A DNA stretch of 64,000 bases, taken from Bigelowiella natans CCMP2755. Lineage: Eukaryota; Protista; Cercozoa. Shown here piece by piece: positions 1 to 14,460 of this stretch. Position 1 is the first letter of the stretch. Each line of letters opens with the position of its first letter. The stretch is taken from NCBI GenBank assembly GCA_000320545.1, contig ADNK01002758.1, positions 62,001 through 126,000 of the forward strand, in the 5' to 3' direction. The notes under the pieces are model-generated. The model did no database searches. It saw nothing but the letters and a program-made list of their open reading frames with translations, and had not been told where the DNA came from. A program made the translations under genes and the position numbers.

Positions 1-724
1 AACACGTGTCTTAGAGTCGCCATCATCATCTACTTCTTCAACTTTTGCAACCTTCCGCTTTTTTGCCGTTTTTTTTTTTTTTTTCTCCTTTGGTTTAGGT
101 TGATCCTTTTGAGAAAGAAAATCCCTAAAGAATAATGGTAGCAGAGTATTCTGATCTGTTTTTAGCATCAAGCTGTGTTTTTCTGTCCACATCGCCGTTC
201 ATTCTCGTTTCTACTATTCCATTCCTCGTATCTACTCCTTCCCTCCTCGTGTGTTTTCTACCATCATCTTTACTTTGTTTCTGTCTTCTTCTCCTAACTA
301 CTCTCTAACATACTCCAAAGCATCCTGCACAGTCTTCTGATCTTCTGAGCTTAACTCTTCAAAATGTTGCAAATCGTCGATTGATTCAACCTGTGATAAT
401 GATAAATATTCTTGGTTGTGAATCAAGCACCTTTACAATTACCACGCACCTTTTTCGTTGTCTTTCGCTGTCGGAGCTGCATCTGGAAAAATGGAGATAC
501 CTTATACCAAGTCGTCATCAAAGATCCGTCGTCTTTGAATGGGTTAGGACCTAGGCAAAACATAACCATCGCCCATTAAGAAGCAAACATAGTAGTAGTA
601 GATGAGAAATATCATCACCGATAGAGCCAATCCTAAGCTCGCCCTTGGCAATTTTTTCCTTGGACTTCTTACACTTGCTTCGGCCATTACTAGCTCTTTC
701 GACAACAAAAGATCTATCTGCCAT
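1..724 (-). CDS. 5' part of a gene with an N-terminal PARP-type zinc-finger-like (zf-PARP) domain; continues beyond window start
   Basis: Spliced translation from ATG 724: MADRSFVVERASNGRSKCKKSKEKIAKGELRIGSI|GPNPFKDDGSLMTTWYKVSPFFQMQLRQRKTTKK|VESIDDLQHFEELSSEDQKTVQDAL. This matches the zf-PARP pattern (ERA-x-GRSKCK..I.KGELRIG...W....F...L..F..L..EDQ). Introns are GT-AG. Confidence 0.8.
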
Positions 725-1368
725 TGACTTATTAGCGTTAAATTAAAATGGTTGTGGTCTTCTTCTTCTTCTTGAGTCGTTGTAGTAGCACACGCTCGGT
801 TGCTCCACGTCTCTTCGTCGTCGTCTTCTTGCTTCTTCTGGTTCGTTGGCGTTTTTTATCTTATTTAGAATATTTTATGTTGTCGTCAGTAAGAATTCCT
901 TGTGATTTAATAAGAATTGGTAGTATATGCAAAAACATTCAAATCTGAACAGGCGACAATACTTGCGTAGGAATTGTGGAGTGTAACGGCATGAGGTGTC
1001 CAGAAAAATGGAACCCACATGCACGTGACAATCTCTGTGTCTCCAGGTCACTATTGTGTCTGTCTGTCGTTACCAAATAATTAAGGCTCAGAAGATCCTT
1101 CCTTAAAGTCCTTAGTTACTTATCTCAATTGCAAAATATCCGACTTTTATGGTTTTCTAAGCATAGTAGAGACCGAAAAACGCAGTAGCCTGTTTAAGTA
1201 GTATAGTATTTCTACCTTCACTTCATTCCCAATGGATAGAACAATAATCAACTTCCACTTTGATTGTTTCATGGAAAGGGATAAATTTCACCTGTGCGGC
1301 TGAACATTGAGATTGGAGCGAGTAGGAGCAGGAATCGAGAGAGAGAGAGTCAATATTCACATAGAGTC

Positions 1369-1766
1369 ATGAAGTCTACTGTGCGAAGAAACACGACGAT
1401 TCCACCCGTCAACACCAGGTAGTTGAAGTATTTTCAATACAACATAAAAGTATTTAATATTTAATGTCAATGATAAATTTCACCAGTCACTCGGATGGTG
1501 TTGATTAATGTTATTAGGATGAGCGTAATGTTTATAGTTACATGTGTGAATGATCTAAGAATCGAGTGTAAATAAATAGGCGACCAAAAACTTCTGAGGG
1601 ATATACTATTCCGTCACGAAGAAGCACAAATCGTTTGACTTCTAGGAATAATTCCCCACCGCCTTTGAAGCTCCAATCAATTTCAAAGAGGAAGCTAAGT
1701 TTATCATCCAGAAGACCCGGAATTAAAAGGTATCCTACATCTTTTGAGCTTGGCACACACACACAC

Positions 1767-1803
<37 letters not shown>

Positions 1804-1967
1804 ATTTTCTCTATTAATGAGGTTCTTCTGAAATTTCTGAGAGAATCTTGGCTATTTGTTACCCTAGCGTTCTTCTAACACTCCACCGACTCTTTTCCTC
1901 CTCAAATTCTGTAATAACAGCCCCCCTTCATATAGAACCACTTCAAAACTAAGCAAAACCCCCAAAG

Positions 1968-1998
<31 letters not shown>

Positions 1999-2006
1999 TG
2001 TGTATT

Positions 2007-2047
<41 letters not shown>

Positions 2048-2327
2048 CGACCGACTTTTAATCTATGTAACACCTATTATACGAAAGATGCGCGTAGATA
2101 GGTTCTTCTTTACTTTGATTGACTAATATCTAGATATCCTCTCCATTGTAATACTATGGGTGATGATCATTATCATCGTTATCATTTCTCAGCCTCATTC
2201 AAAAAGATTTCTACCACATCGAGATACAGCCCTTATTTTGACCATGATGTAAGTTATTATTGGGGGTTGGGGGAAGACTGACTGGGTTATAGAATTCATG
2301 TGTCAAGTTGCCAAGAATGTAGTTCAC

Positions 2328-2379
<52 letters not shown>

Positions 2380-2662
2380 AAAGAGAGAATCTTTATACAA
2401 GAAGCGAAACCTATTATTTTGTGTGAATAATCCAATGATTACTACTCATAAATACAATTCTTTAGGGCCAAGCATTCAACTTCGGTGCTTCATCATCACC
2501 GTCTTCGTCGTTATCATCATCATCATCCATTGCAACAGGGAGAAAAGGAGGAGGAGGGACTGGTAGGAGAACTAGCAGGACGATGGTCATGTCTTCTTCT
2601 GAGGATTGTAGCAGATCTCAGGTAGTAATTGATAGCAGCTAATAGTAGTAGTAGTAGTAGTT

Positions 2663-2704
<42 letters not shown>

Positions 2705-4887
2705 ATGGTTATTATGGACAATATAGCAGTAGCTACAAGCAGTAGGGACATATTCTGTAGCTAATGGAAAATGAGGCAGCAGCAGCAGCAGCAGCATCAC
2801 CTTTAATAACAGACAATTATTTTTCGCATTATTACCATATCAGGAGAAGAAAACCAGGGGAACATTGAGCGGCGAAGGATCATCGTCATCGTGTTCATCT
2901 CCTTCTTCCTTAACAGGCGCAATAAGTAGTTTTTTCAAGGTTAAAGAAGTTCCTAGAACTGTTGAAGGCCTTCGTAAACGAGTAGTGTCATTTAAGGTCG
3001 TAAACTACTAGTACTCTTAGTACCAGTGCTAGTAGTAGTAGTAGAGTAGTAGTAGTAGTAAGTAGTCGTAGAAAGGACACACACGATATTTTCTGGTAGT
3101 ATGTGATGTTCTCCTAATTTGTGTTCCTTTTCCTCTTTTTCGGATGCAATGAACTTTAAACTGATATCCATGTAGAAAGCAGTCTTTTGTTAATTGTGAT
3201 CTCGCTTTGCATATTCCACAGCAAGCTGACCTATTCTACTCTTACTTCTATTTTTAGAGAAAGAGGCGCGGGGAACTCGAGACAATAGAACTCATGCAAA
3301 CGGAATTAGGGAAAATTTTTCACACAGCTAAGCGTGAATTTAAGATTAATTCAAAAATCGCAACAAAGTTTTCGAAGCTGGATAAGCAACAAGTGGAGCA
3401 AATCCTACGTATTCAGAAGTCCCGTGTGTCCGTTCTTATCCAACGACTTTCGCAGCTCAAAATCGACTTGGAAGCTGCACGAATTGAGAGAAATTCTGTG
3501 GAATACTCGCTGGAATATCGATGTTACCAAGAAACAACAGCAAGAATTCTTCATCTAGGAAGAAAAATGAAGGCTGTAGGAAATCTCATAGCAGCGGATA
3601 ATAGCATGAATAACAACTGCAGTAACAATAATATCAGCAGCTTTGTAGCGAAAGATAGAGACTCAAGAAGAAGCAGTCCAACACGTAGCGGCAACATCGA
3701 CAACAACAACAACAACAACGAGGAATATAGCGGTTGTTATGTTTGAGAATTGACATACTCGTAGTAGTCGACATAGACTTAGTGATGACACAACCCTTTT
3801 GTGATGTAAGAATCATGTTAGCACCATCGTTGTTGCGAATTCAATCGACACACACACAACAATGGTTGCTTGTTGTTTATCGTTGACCTTTGTCCTTCCT
3901 TCTTTTTCTTCCTCTTCTTCTTCGTGTTCTTCAGAGAGACCGACATCATCGTCTTCATCATCACACTATGGTATCCCAGCTCTTCCAAAATTCCAAAATG
4001 GAAGTGCTGATGGTGGTAGTAGTCCTCCTAATTTTGATGGTGGTGGTGGTGCTGCTGCTGCTACGACTGCACAAGCTGCAAAATTCAAGGCACTCGTAAA
4101 TTGTGTAGCCAAAGCAGAAGAGGAGCATGACTTGCTTCAAGCACAACTTGATGCAATCTCAGATTGGGTTTATCTCAACAAAAAATACCCTAATAACTCG
4201 TCGTCATCGTCTTCTGAAAGCAGCAGCAGCACCCGCAGCAGCACAACAGTCAAGACAAACAAGAGTGATGAAGAATCAATAGGCGGGGGCACTACTACTG
4301 AGTCTCACAGCGATGATAACAACGGTGACAACAGCAACGAAATTAAGATGAAAAAGAAAAAGAAGATACGTAGTAGTAGTAGAAGTAATAGTAGTGCGGC
4401 AGTCGATAAGGAAGAGGAAGGAGAGGAGAATGAGAATAACAACAACAACAACAACAACACAGGAACGGCGATAACAAGACCTCTTGTTGCAACGACGAGA
4501 GAACAACTGCATATCGAGCAAACATGCAAGGAGCTAACACGGGATTTAGATGACCTCAATTTACAGCTTGAGGTAGTAGTAGTAGTAGTAGTAGTAATAG
4601 TAGTAGTAAGTGATGTTGCTGCTGCTGCTGGTGAGGATGATGATGATGACGATGATGATGATGATGATGACGTAGGCTAATAGTGGAAGATGATGTGTAC
4701 AATACTAGATGTGTGTGTGTGTGTGTGTGCGTGTTGCATAGATGAGTGAGCGTATATGCATACGTAATGTCTCTAATACTGCCTGGATAAAAATAATAGT
4801 GTTCATACTAGTTTAAATGATGTAATGAAGCTCTTCATGATGTATGCATGCATCAGTCGTCCTCATCATCATCATCATCAATGCCAC

Positions 4888-4918
<31 letters not shown>

Positions 4919-6441
4919 CTTCTTCTGCTTCTTCTTGTTGTTGTTCTTCACAGGCGTTGAAGAGGCTACGTAGCCGAAACGACGAATACGTAAGGAAGAG
5001 AAACAACGCAATGACAGCACAAAACCGGAATATACAAGCGAAACATGAAGTAGAGCTCGAGGAGGTGCAGGCAAAAATAGGTCAAGGACGAAGAGTGTAT
5101 ATAATAGCAGTAGTAACAATAGCGAGGACTGTCATTAGTAACACAGAAAAATGTAAAAATACTACCTCCAATATTATTAAATAGTGACGTGCATTCACAT
5201 TCATCATCATCTGCTTTTTCTTCATCTTTTTTGACCACCATCATTATAACTGTCTTTCATCATTTAGATTTCGAGAAGGATTCCATGGCGGAATCTGCTA
5301 GGAGATTACAACATTCTAAATTACGTGTGCTACGATTAGAAGAGAGTGTAAAAAGTATCAAAGGGGGTGGGGTGGTGAAAACCGGAGATGGGGAGCTATT
5401 AATGATTACAACGAGTCAAGAAGACGAAATTGCTGAGATAAAACAAGATCCTTCTGCTGCTACAAGTACAAAGAAAATTATCAAAAATGGTGATGATGAT
5501 TATGATGATGATGATGATGAGGGAGAAGAAGAGAGGAGGAGGGGGGGTGATGATGCTACTGAGATCCAAACGCTCACGGCCATCGTTGCGAAGTGTAAGG
5601 AAGACATTGAATATGAATCTACTCGACTCTGTGAAATAGGAGGACAAGAAACGTAAGAATGAATTCATAAAAGAAGAAAAACAGCCAGTGTGAAGATCTG
5701 AGAGATGAAAAAGTATCATCACGAAGAAGAATCGTTCTGCCAAACCTGAGGCACACCATCGTCATTCATCATCATTATCATTATCATCATCATCATCACC
5801 ATTCCAACTTAACGAAGTAGAATAAGGGTAATTCATCTTCTTACTCTTTGTATGGTGCTACTTCTTCTTTTAAGGTTCTCTTCTGCCTCTGACCTTGAAA
5901 TTCTCTCCGTGGAGGAGCTCAAACAGCACGTTCTATCGCTTCTTAGTCAATACGGAGCAGACTACTATAATTACAACAACAACCCCGAGGGCCAGGGAGA
6001 AGAGAACACAGTTAATAATAGTAGCTTTACGACGTCAGGAGGCTACTACTCTGAGATGCGAGCAGCCTTTGAAGCACGCAGAAACCAGCTCAAGAAAGAA
6101 GAACAAGAAGATGGCAACGACTACTCTGATGACTATGAAGAAGATGGTGATGATGATGATAATAATGGAATTGAAGGAGGAGGAACAAAGGCAAGAGTCA
6201 ATAGAAACAGCTGTAGTAAAGAGCCTACCTCATCATTAAATACAACGAGCACATCAACAACAGCTGCAGCATCTAATGACAGCACAGTAGTCGCTCCTTC
6301 TTCCCCTGTGATTTCCGCAAGGATGATCATGTGTATAGTCAAGATACAAATTCGTTTCAAGAAGAAGCTCCAGCAAGCAAGAGAAAGAATCAAAGCTATT
6401 GTGCTACGGGTAGTAGCATTACCACTTCTATTACTACCACG

Positions 6442-6473
<32 letters not shown>

Positions 6474-7529
6474 CAGTCTCTAGTATGTTCAGTGAGTGGT
6501 ATTTAGTACACAACATGAATGATGGCAGCATGATGAGAGCATAATGAGAATAATCGCAAAAGATCTCAAATAATGGTGATGATGATGATGATGATAATCA
6601 GACAGAGCAAACGACTATTATTATTAGTTGTAGTATTCTAGTGAATATCTACTACTATGTTCAATATTGTTGGTTGACTCATACATCGTTCTCCTCCTCC
6701 TCCTACTCCTCCTAGACGAAAGCGGAGCAAGAAGCTGATCTAAAAGCACGTCTAAAACGAGGCAAAATGAAAGCAAACGTCATAGCAAATCTAGCAGGGT
6801 GGAAAGCTCATGGTTCACTAGTTGATGCAGATGCAGATGCAGGTGAGTCCTCTGGTGATAACAATAGCTACGACGATGATGATTTTAGTGGCACCGAAGC
6901 TGAAGCAATTATTAGCAATGACAAAAAAACAGGAGATAGTATTCGGGTAAAAGCAGCAGGAACACCAACAAAAGCGGTCCCAAAGGAAATACAGCAGCAG
7001 CAGCAGCAGCAGCAAGAAAAGGCAAAGGTGGCAGTGGTGGCCAAGAGTGCTTCAAGTGCTACTTTTGCGGCAGCAGGATCACTCGAGGTAGCTCTTATTT
7101 TAGTGTGGATGTGTATGGCGATTGGGGAATGTATTAGAGTAGTAGTGTTATTCGTGTTTTTAATCCGTGTATCATCCATTATTGTTAGTAATTTTTTGTT
7201 ATTTTGCATTGTAGGCCGGAGGTGATAGTGATGATTATAGCAGTGATGATTAAGCAGCTTCTTCTCAATACCATACAGCTTCAAGAGCTTATTCCCCTTC
7301 TTCTTATTATTCACAATGCGGAAGGAAGCAGCTAGAGGAGGAGGGGGCATTGACTTCCTTATGGACTTACTTATCATTATTATTACTTTGATAATAATGC
7401 CAGAATAATCTAAAGTATGTGCATTATTACTTTGATAACAATGCTGGAATGCTCCATTGTTTACGTCACGGATGATGTATGGGCGCTTTTCCTGTGTAGG
7501 TATTAAAATCAACCCCAACCTGCGGTTGA
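1369..7529 (+). CDS. Multi-exon coiled-coil hypothetical protein with S/R-rich N-terminus and an IQ-like motif
   Basis: Phase-consistent exons from ATG 1369 (MKSTVRRNTTIPPVNTR|RPKTSEGY...). Coding ORF segments at 3294-3746, 3862-4572, 4954-5080, 5270-5650, 5876-6408 (CIVKIQIRFKKKLQQARER, IQ-like) and 6716-7087. Probable last exon VLKSTPTCG* at 7500-7529. Start and end are approximate. Confidence 0.6.
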
Positions 7530-7599
7530 CGAATTTGAAATGAAGCTCGAGAATACAGCGTATATTTCATTTATTTTTGAATTTTATACAGAGACGAAT

Positions 7600-8470
7600 T
7601 ACTCATGAACATGCTGTGTGTTTAGATGAATCTATGCATATTCGTGGCACGCTAGCTATAGTTTGCTAGCAAGTCCACACGGGAGCGCGTACGTAGCTAG
7701 GTGGATGCGATGCAGTTCTGCTACACATGCAATGATATCGTCTAAGTGCACAGTCGTCAGCATGGTGTGCATTGATGCCGAGCATGTTGACTATATTGCA
7801 TGCACAGGAAGCAGTCGTCAAGCTGCATGGCAAGGTGATTTGTGAACAACATGCTATTGCGACATGTCAATTTATACACTACATAGATGTGCATCATCAC
7901 ATCATCAATAACATAATGACTGCTATTAGCGCTAGTACTGTTTGTGCATGTTTGTAGCAGCTAGACTGTCGTGCCAATGATATCATGCAATTGTTGCGCA
8001 TTCTAGCGCAATGCTATAGATTTTGCAGAGCGCATTAGTGCGCAGGTGTACGTATGCATATCAGTACGCGAGGTCGATCATTGATCGTACGTGCTACTTA
8101 TGGCTACTTGCTAGCTTGGTTGTGGCGTATGTAAGAGACGGATGCAATGAAGTGATTAAATTTTTTCAATGGTCATCCTAATGTAGCTATGCAAAGAGCG
8201 GCTACAGCGCTTATGTTGTATCTGTTCGTCTCTTCTATTATGTGTTTCATGCATTTAAAAGCATCTGTGGCGTATGTATATTTGTGGCAATGTCTTTGTG
8301 ATGTGCCCGCCGATAAACTAGTATGGGTACGTGTGCATGTCATCAAGCTAGCATGGCCGTCGATCTAGCCGTGTGTACTTACACTCATCATCTACAGATG
8401 TGACATAGCGACGTGCATGTTGATGCGTGATAGCGATGTATTTTACAATGACCATCATTGAATAGGACTA
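7600..8470. other. CTAG/CATG/TGCA-rich intergenic island 1 (convergent gap)
   Basis: Dense gctagc, catg and tgca motifs between the 3' ends of the + gene (7529) and the - gene (8888). TpA loss is weaker than in island 3. Confidence 0.65.
8125..8254 (+). repeat. Dispersed ~130-bp repeat, copy A (copy B inverted at 51123-51265)
   Basis: gacggatgcaatga...ttcaatggtcatcct..atgtagctatgcaaa.agcggctacagcgct.atgttg.atctgtt.gtctc...atgtgtttcatgca aligns by eye to the reverse complement of 51123-51265. Confidence 0.85.
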
Positions 8471-8887
8471 TCATCATTGGGAGCACATCTAATAACTAAT
8501 GCATTGATTAAAGCTCGAGACAGAGAAATGACTTGTTGTAATTCTCCCAAAATAAAGCTACAAAATTTTCAATTCTCCGTTTCAATTTCCACGTACAGCC
8601 GTACACGTGCTCATACAATATATGTACACATATTTATGTGTATATTGCTGAAGTACACATACATATTTGATACATACACATACAAACATGTGCATTATGC
8701 TGCTGCCTATGCGCTTGGAGGTGATCCATCGAAGTCTTTGTCCTGGTGTCGTAGAAGGTTAATAAAGCACACAAACACATCATCAAATATTTAACGACAA
8801 CTGAATTAGGATAAGAAACAGAAGAAAAAGCATAGTGAAAATAGGTACATGTATGCATCATCTCCCACCGAAAAAAGACTAAGAAGG

Positions 8888-10456
8888 CTAGCTTGTTATT
8901 ACTACCTCCTCCCATGTGATCTCAGCACCTAAGATACGATGATGCGATTGAAAAATACCATAGACGACGACCATGTTAGATACGAAACACTAACACTAAC
9001 ACTAACACCACCACCACCTACTGCTACTACTACTACTGCTACTACTACAACTACTACTACAAATACATTTCAATGTTCTTTGCTCATATGAATATCATGT
9101 TGTCGTGTTTTATCAACTCGAATATCACCATGGGTATTTACTACGACTACCTCCTCCTCCTCCTCCTACTACCTACCTACTACTACTACTACTACTACTC
9201 CTACTACTACTACAAAGATGATGATGGTGATGATAATGATGATACCATATCATTACCAGGGAATTTTGTCCATAAAATGTTTTTTATCTTCGGCGCCTCC
9301 CTGAGAATGCGTGCACGTGATTGAGCGAGTGATGCGAGATTGATGACGAGCATTCAAACAAAAAGACGAAGAGGACCCAACACAACTACTAACTACTACT
9401 ACTACTACTACTACTACTAGTAGTAGTAGTACTATATGTGTTTGAAATGGTGAGTTCGTTCTCCAAAGCTACGTGGACACTGACTACTTGCAACTGCAGC
9501 AGCAGCAGCAGCAGCATAAATCATCATCATCATCATCACGATGAATATCACCTTCGATCCAAAACTGCTTTTTGTAATGGAGGAAGTTTATCGTATTCCA
9601 TCCAGATGCTCCACCCAGCCTACCACAACAACAACAACAACACAAGAGGATCGTAGGAGAGGAGAGGATGATGATAATCAAGAGCACTTTGTGTAGAGAT
9701 AGGTGGTGATTGCTGCGGAAGAGAATAGTAGATAGTAGTAATATTCGTAGTGGTGAAGATAGTAATAAAACTATTCATATTAACAATAATAAGAGTGAGT
9801 AGGATGGATGGGGATGGATCATGGAATATCATCATGATCATCATGATCATACTGCTATAGACCTCTACTCGTGATAGTTTGCATGGTCCTTGGCATACTG
9901 TAGCCTCTGAGCGGAGTAGTGGTAGGTGGGGGAGGAGGAAGTAATAATATCAATCATGATATAATGATGATGGTCAGACAATGACGCTGGAAAACGATAA
10001 TTCGTGAACAACGACCTCTTCTTCTTCTTCTTCTTCTTCTTCTTCTCCTTCTTCTTCTCTCTCTACTTCCTTACTTACTCACCCTACTACTATAGTACTA
10101 CAAGTACTACTCTTAGTAGCATCTCTACCTGCAGGGTTGAGCTTGAAGTAAAGCGTCTTGAATCGATCCGCATAGCATGTTCTACAACGCCACTCTCCGC
10201 TTGTGATAGGCCCCTGGCGACCAAGTCGCATTAGCAGTATTTAGTAGTTGGAATATTGAGAGGGGAGGAGGGGGATTAGGAATATTGATAAGAAGAATAT
10301 AATAGGTAATATCAGCATTTTGTTTCTTCTTCTTCTTCTTCTTCGTATAAATAATATCTTGTTGTTATTTCCACATCATCGTCATCATCATCATCATCAT
10401 CATCATCATCGTCATCTTCCATCAACATGCGTCCCTTTCCATGATCGAAGCAACGT

Positions 10457-10488
<32 letters not shown>

Positions 10489-11155
10489 TAGAAGAACATC
10501 ATCTTAAAAGTAGCAGCGGGCTATTACTATCACCAATACTCTTCTAATGCTACAACCTGCTCGAATACGGGTTGTTTTGGCATATCCTTTGGCCTTTCTT
10601 GACCTAAATCCAAGCTCTATGTATTAGAAACCACCTCCCATTGCCGTTGTTGTTGTTGTTGTTGTTTCCCACCTTTAACGGTTGGATCATCTACAGCAAG
10701 CATCACCTATATAACAAAAACATTGTTTATAATAATAATTGATCATAAAATCATAGTAGAGAGACGATAAGAAGAAGCAGCAAAGGCAACCAATCAATCA
10801 TACGGATTGAAGGAGAAGAAAGAAGGAAGAGGAGAAGAGCAATACCTCCCAACGCCATTTCTCGTATTGACCAACTTTGTTTTTACGATCTTCAGGATGC
10901 GCCTGTGGTAAGATAATGATGGTGATCGTCATTCGTGTGCGTGCAAAGATCATCATCAGAAACCACAATCATGATAAAAATACGAGAGTAGTAGATTCAT
11001 TTCTGTGCTCTTTGCCCAATAATCCTCTTTTATATCCCCCCCCCCACACATACATATACACACACCACAACCTGAACAACGCTCTCAATTTCACCAGGTA
11101 AGGGCTTGAAATAGCTTTCCACACGCTTCTTCGGTGCTAAGTTGTTGTTATTGGT

Positions 11156-11195
<40 letters not shown>

Positions 11196-11295
11196 TAGTA
11201 GGTAGGTAGGTAGAGGAGATAGTAGTAGTATTGGAGCTGGTGATCTCAGGACCTTGCAGTAGTAGTAGTAGTAGTAGTAGTAGTAGTTGCAGTGA

Positions 11296-11332
<37 letters not shown>

Positions 11333-11977
11333 AAGCGTCAATAACAACGCATCATCTTCCTTCCTCTCCTTCTTACCTTCCTTTCATCCCATCACCCCCC
11401 TCTTTGTTTCTTTTGTCATGCGAATTTTCCTTCGCCATCATAATAATACCGGGTGGAGCAATTCCATTGAGTGCCTTGACAGTGATCTTACTCAATCGAG
11501 GACCTTAGAAGAAAGAGAGAGTAAGAGTAAGAAGAAGAAGAAGACAACAACGCCGATAATAATGACGATAATAATGACGATCTATGATGATGGGCTAGGA
11601 AGCAAGAAACCTGTGTGTGTAGGTAAGTCAGTAAGCGATGTGTGATGTAAATATCATCAAACACAACGACAGTACTAAATCAACAAACGATGCAAGTAGC
11701 ATCATCATACATGCTAATACCTCCAGGTGGTAGGCCATTCCAATGGTAAAACGTATAAGTATGAGCAGATCGAAGCTCCTTCTCCTTCTTATCTTCATCA
11801 TCACCATTATCATTGTTGCTGGTGGCCAAATCCTCTAAGTTGTTTGGACATTAGATGCTGCTTTACTTGCTTACTTATTTCATCGTCATCTCATCTTCAC
11901 CACTCTCTTCTAACTTCGCAACCATTATCAACACCAAGAAACCTCGTTTACTTTGCACTACTTCCTTCCACACGTCG

Positions 11978-12017
<40 letters not shown>

Positions 12018-12871
12018 GTACTTGCTAGTACTGGTACTAGTTACTAGTACTACCGTTTGACCACAGTGTAGTGAAATGATCTCCTCCATGCAGGATCCAA
12101 ACGGGGGACTTGGGCGATTTCAATCTTTGAAGCGTGGGATGTGAGAAAAGAGCCAAAACAACGAATTAGAACAGAATAACGGGAGGGGAATAGGTTGATG
12201 ATGATGCTAAACAACTCCTATGCTACGTACGCATCACAAACGACGATTCCATTCTTGAACTCATCCGCAGTGAGCAAACCTGTTGATCACATCATAATAA
12301 TAACTGTATTACATCTTGAAAAAGAAGGAAAACGATGATAATAATAATCATTATCATCATTGTCATCATAATTATATGTGATTATCACTACTATCTCTAC
12401 TATACTATAATAGACTGACCAACTCCAAGGTCCATGTTGACCCAATTATGAGGACGTCCCATCAATGTAAACGCTCCTTAATAACACAACAACAACAACA
12501 ACAACAACGACATACATACTCAATAATAATGATAACAACAATAATAAGGCAGAAGGAGTTATAAGTTTAAGTGAGTACGTTGCTCCTCCATCACATTATG
12601 ATCACTATCATTATCATTATCATATCATCATATCCTAGAATATATGATCTATCTATATATATAATTGTTGATTGATATATTGATTCCCTACCAACATTTC
12701 CCCCTGCCTTCCCACGTATCAGTAAGCTAATCAGCTCACTAGTGCCTGGTCATCAATTGGTAAGAGAAAAGTACACATCATGCATGAATTATGATCATCT
12801 AACCATACACTTGCTGCAAATACCACTGTACGTTATTACTTAGTAGGGATTTGTAGCAGTATTACTCTTAG

Positions 12872-12902
<31 letters not shown>

Positions 12903-14122
12903 AACTAATACTAGAGTTGACTCCTGTGTGTGTGTGTGTGCGTGTGTGTGCGTGTGTTGTTGTTGTTGTTGTTGTTGCTGTCTCGCCTATAACGGAGGCT
13001 GCTGTAATACCATGAAGTGTGCACGTACAATAATATGTGTGTTTAGTGTGTACTTAGGGTGTGCGACTACTTTGGACATGAACCCTTCCCCCCCCCCCCC
13101 CCTCCCTCTCTCTCATTGTTGCTCACAAAGCCAGGAGTTGTGAGCTTTGATTGTTAGGGGTGATCCGGTTTCTCCACCCTCGGATATGATGTCTTGCTTG
13201 ATCTAAGGATCGTGATGATCATGATCATGATGATGATATATTTTTGTGCTTACTATAGGTCATCACACGCCTCGTTACTACTACTACTACTACTACAACT
13301 ACAACTACTACTACCTGCTTGACCCCTCTTGTTAGAGCAGCGGAATACACCACCAAAACGCAGCCACCTTAAGAATATAATAGTAGCTACTCATCACAAC
13401 GACGCACATATATTATAATTATAAGTAAGAACATCTGCAATGCATGTAGAGATGTTGATCGTCACCATATGTTAATCATTACAAGAATTCATTTCATTCT
13501 TCGCAGCTTCTTGCACCACATACTGTATTGTCTAACAACAAGCGCATTGTTCACCATCATTATCATCATCATCATCATCATCATCATCATAAGACCAGAT
13601 GAGATGAATACCATTGACAACAATTCGCAGCAATGACATATATTACAGTGTCGTTCTCATCTCATCACTCAACAGAAAATACCATGCATACATCCTAGTA
13701 GCACTCATTATTACCACTTCCTGAGAAATATTTGATATTTTTGAAGACAAGCGGCTTTAGCTGGGTTTCCTTCTCACACTTGATCTCATTAACAGCTTCC
13801 CCTACTTTGTCACTCTGTGAACAACAACAACAACAACAACAACAACAATAACAACAACAACGACAACAACAACGACAACAACAACAACAACAACAACGTT
13901 CACTACTACTTACATCATGATAACGTCATCATCATCATCGCCAGGAATCAACTGTTTTCTTTCTTCCCTTTATTATGATGATGAATATTGAGTGATATGG
14001 TTTACCCAGGTGCAGACGATGATGGGGTCGTCCTTTTCTTCCTTGCCCTTTGATAAGACATTGCTCAGTGTTAATTGAGAGAAGGAGCGCGAAGATACAG
14101 AGAGACGAAGAATGGCAGCAGG

Positions 14123-14162
<40 letters not shown>

Positions 14163-14426
14163 GAGGAGGAGGAGGAGGAGGAGGAGGAGATATATAATTG
14201 ATGCTCCTTCGCATTCTGCCAATGTACTACTAGTAGTGCTATTAGTGCTGGATGGAATCAACTACTTAGTTACTATCATCATTTTTATTTATTCACTGCT
14301 GGCAACTACTTTTGCTGCCTGCAGCAGTATTGCCACAATAGCATCTGCCAAATCCTCATCAGATGGCTTGTACCTTAGCAGTGTGTGATGATGATGATGA
14401 TGATGAAAATGATGATGATGATGAAA

Positions 14427-14460
<34 letters not shown>

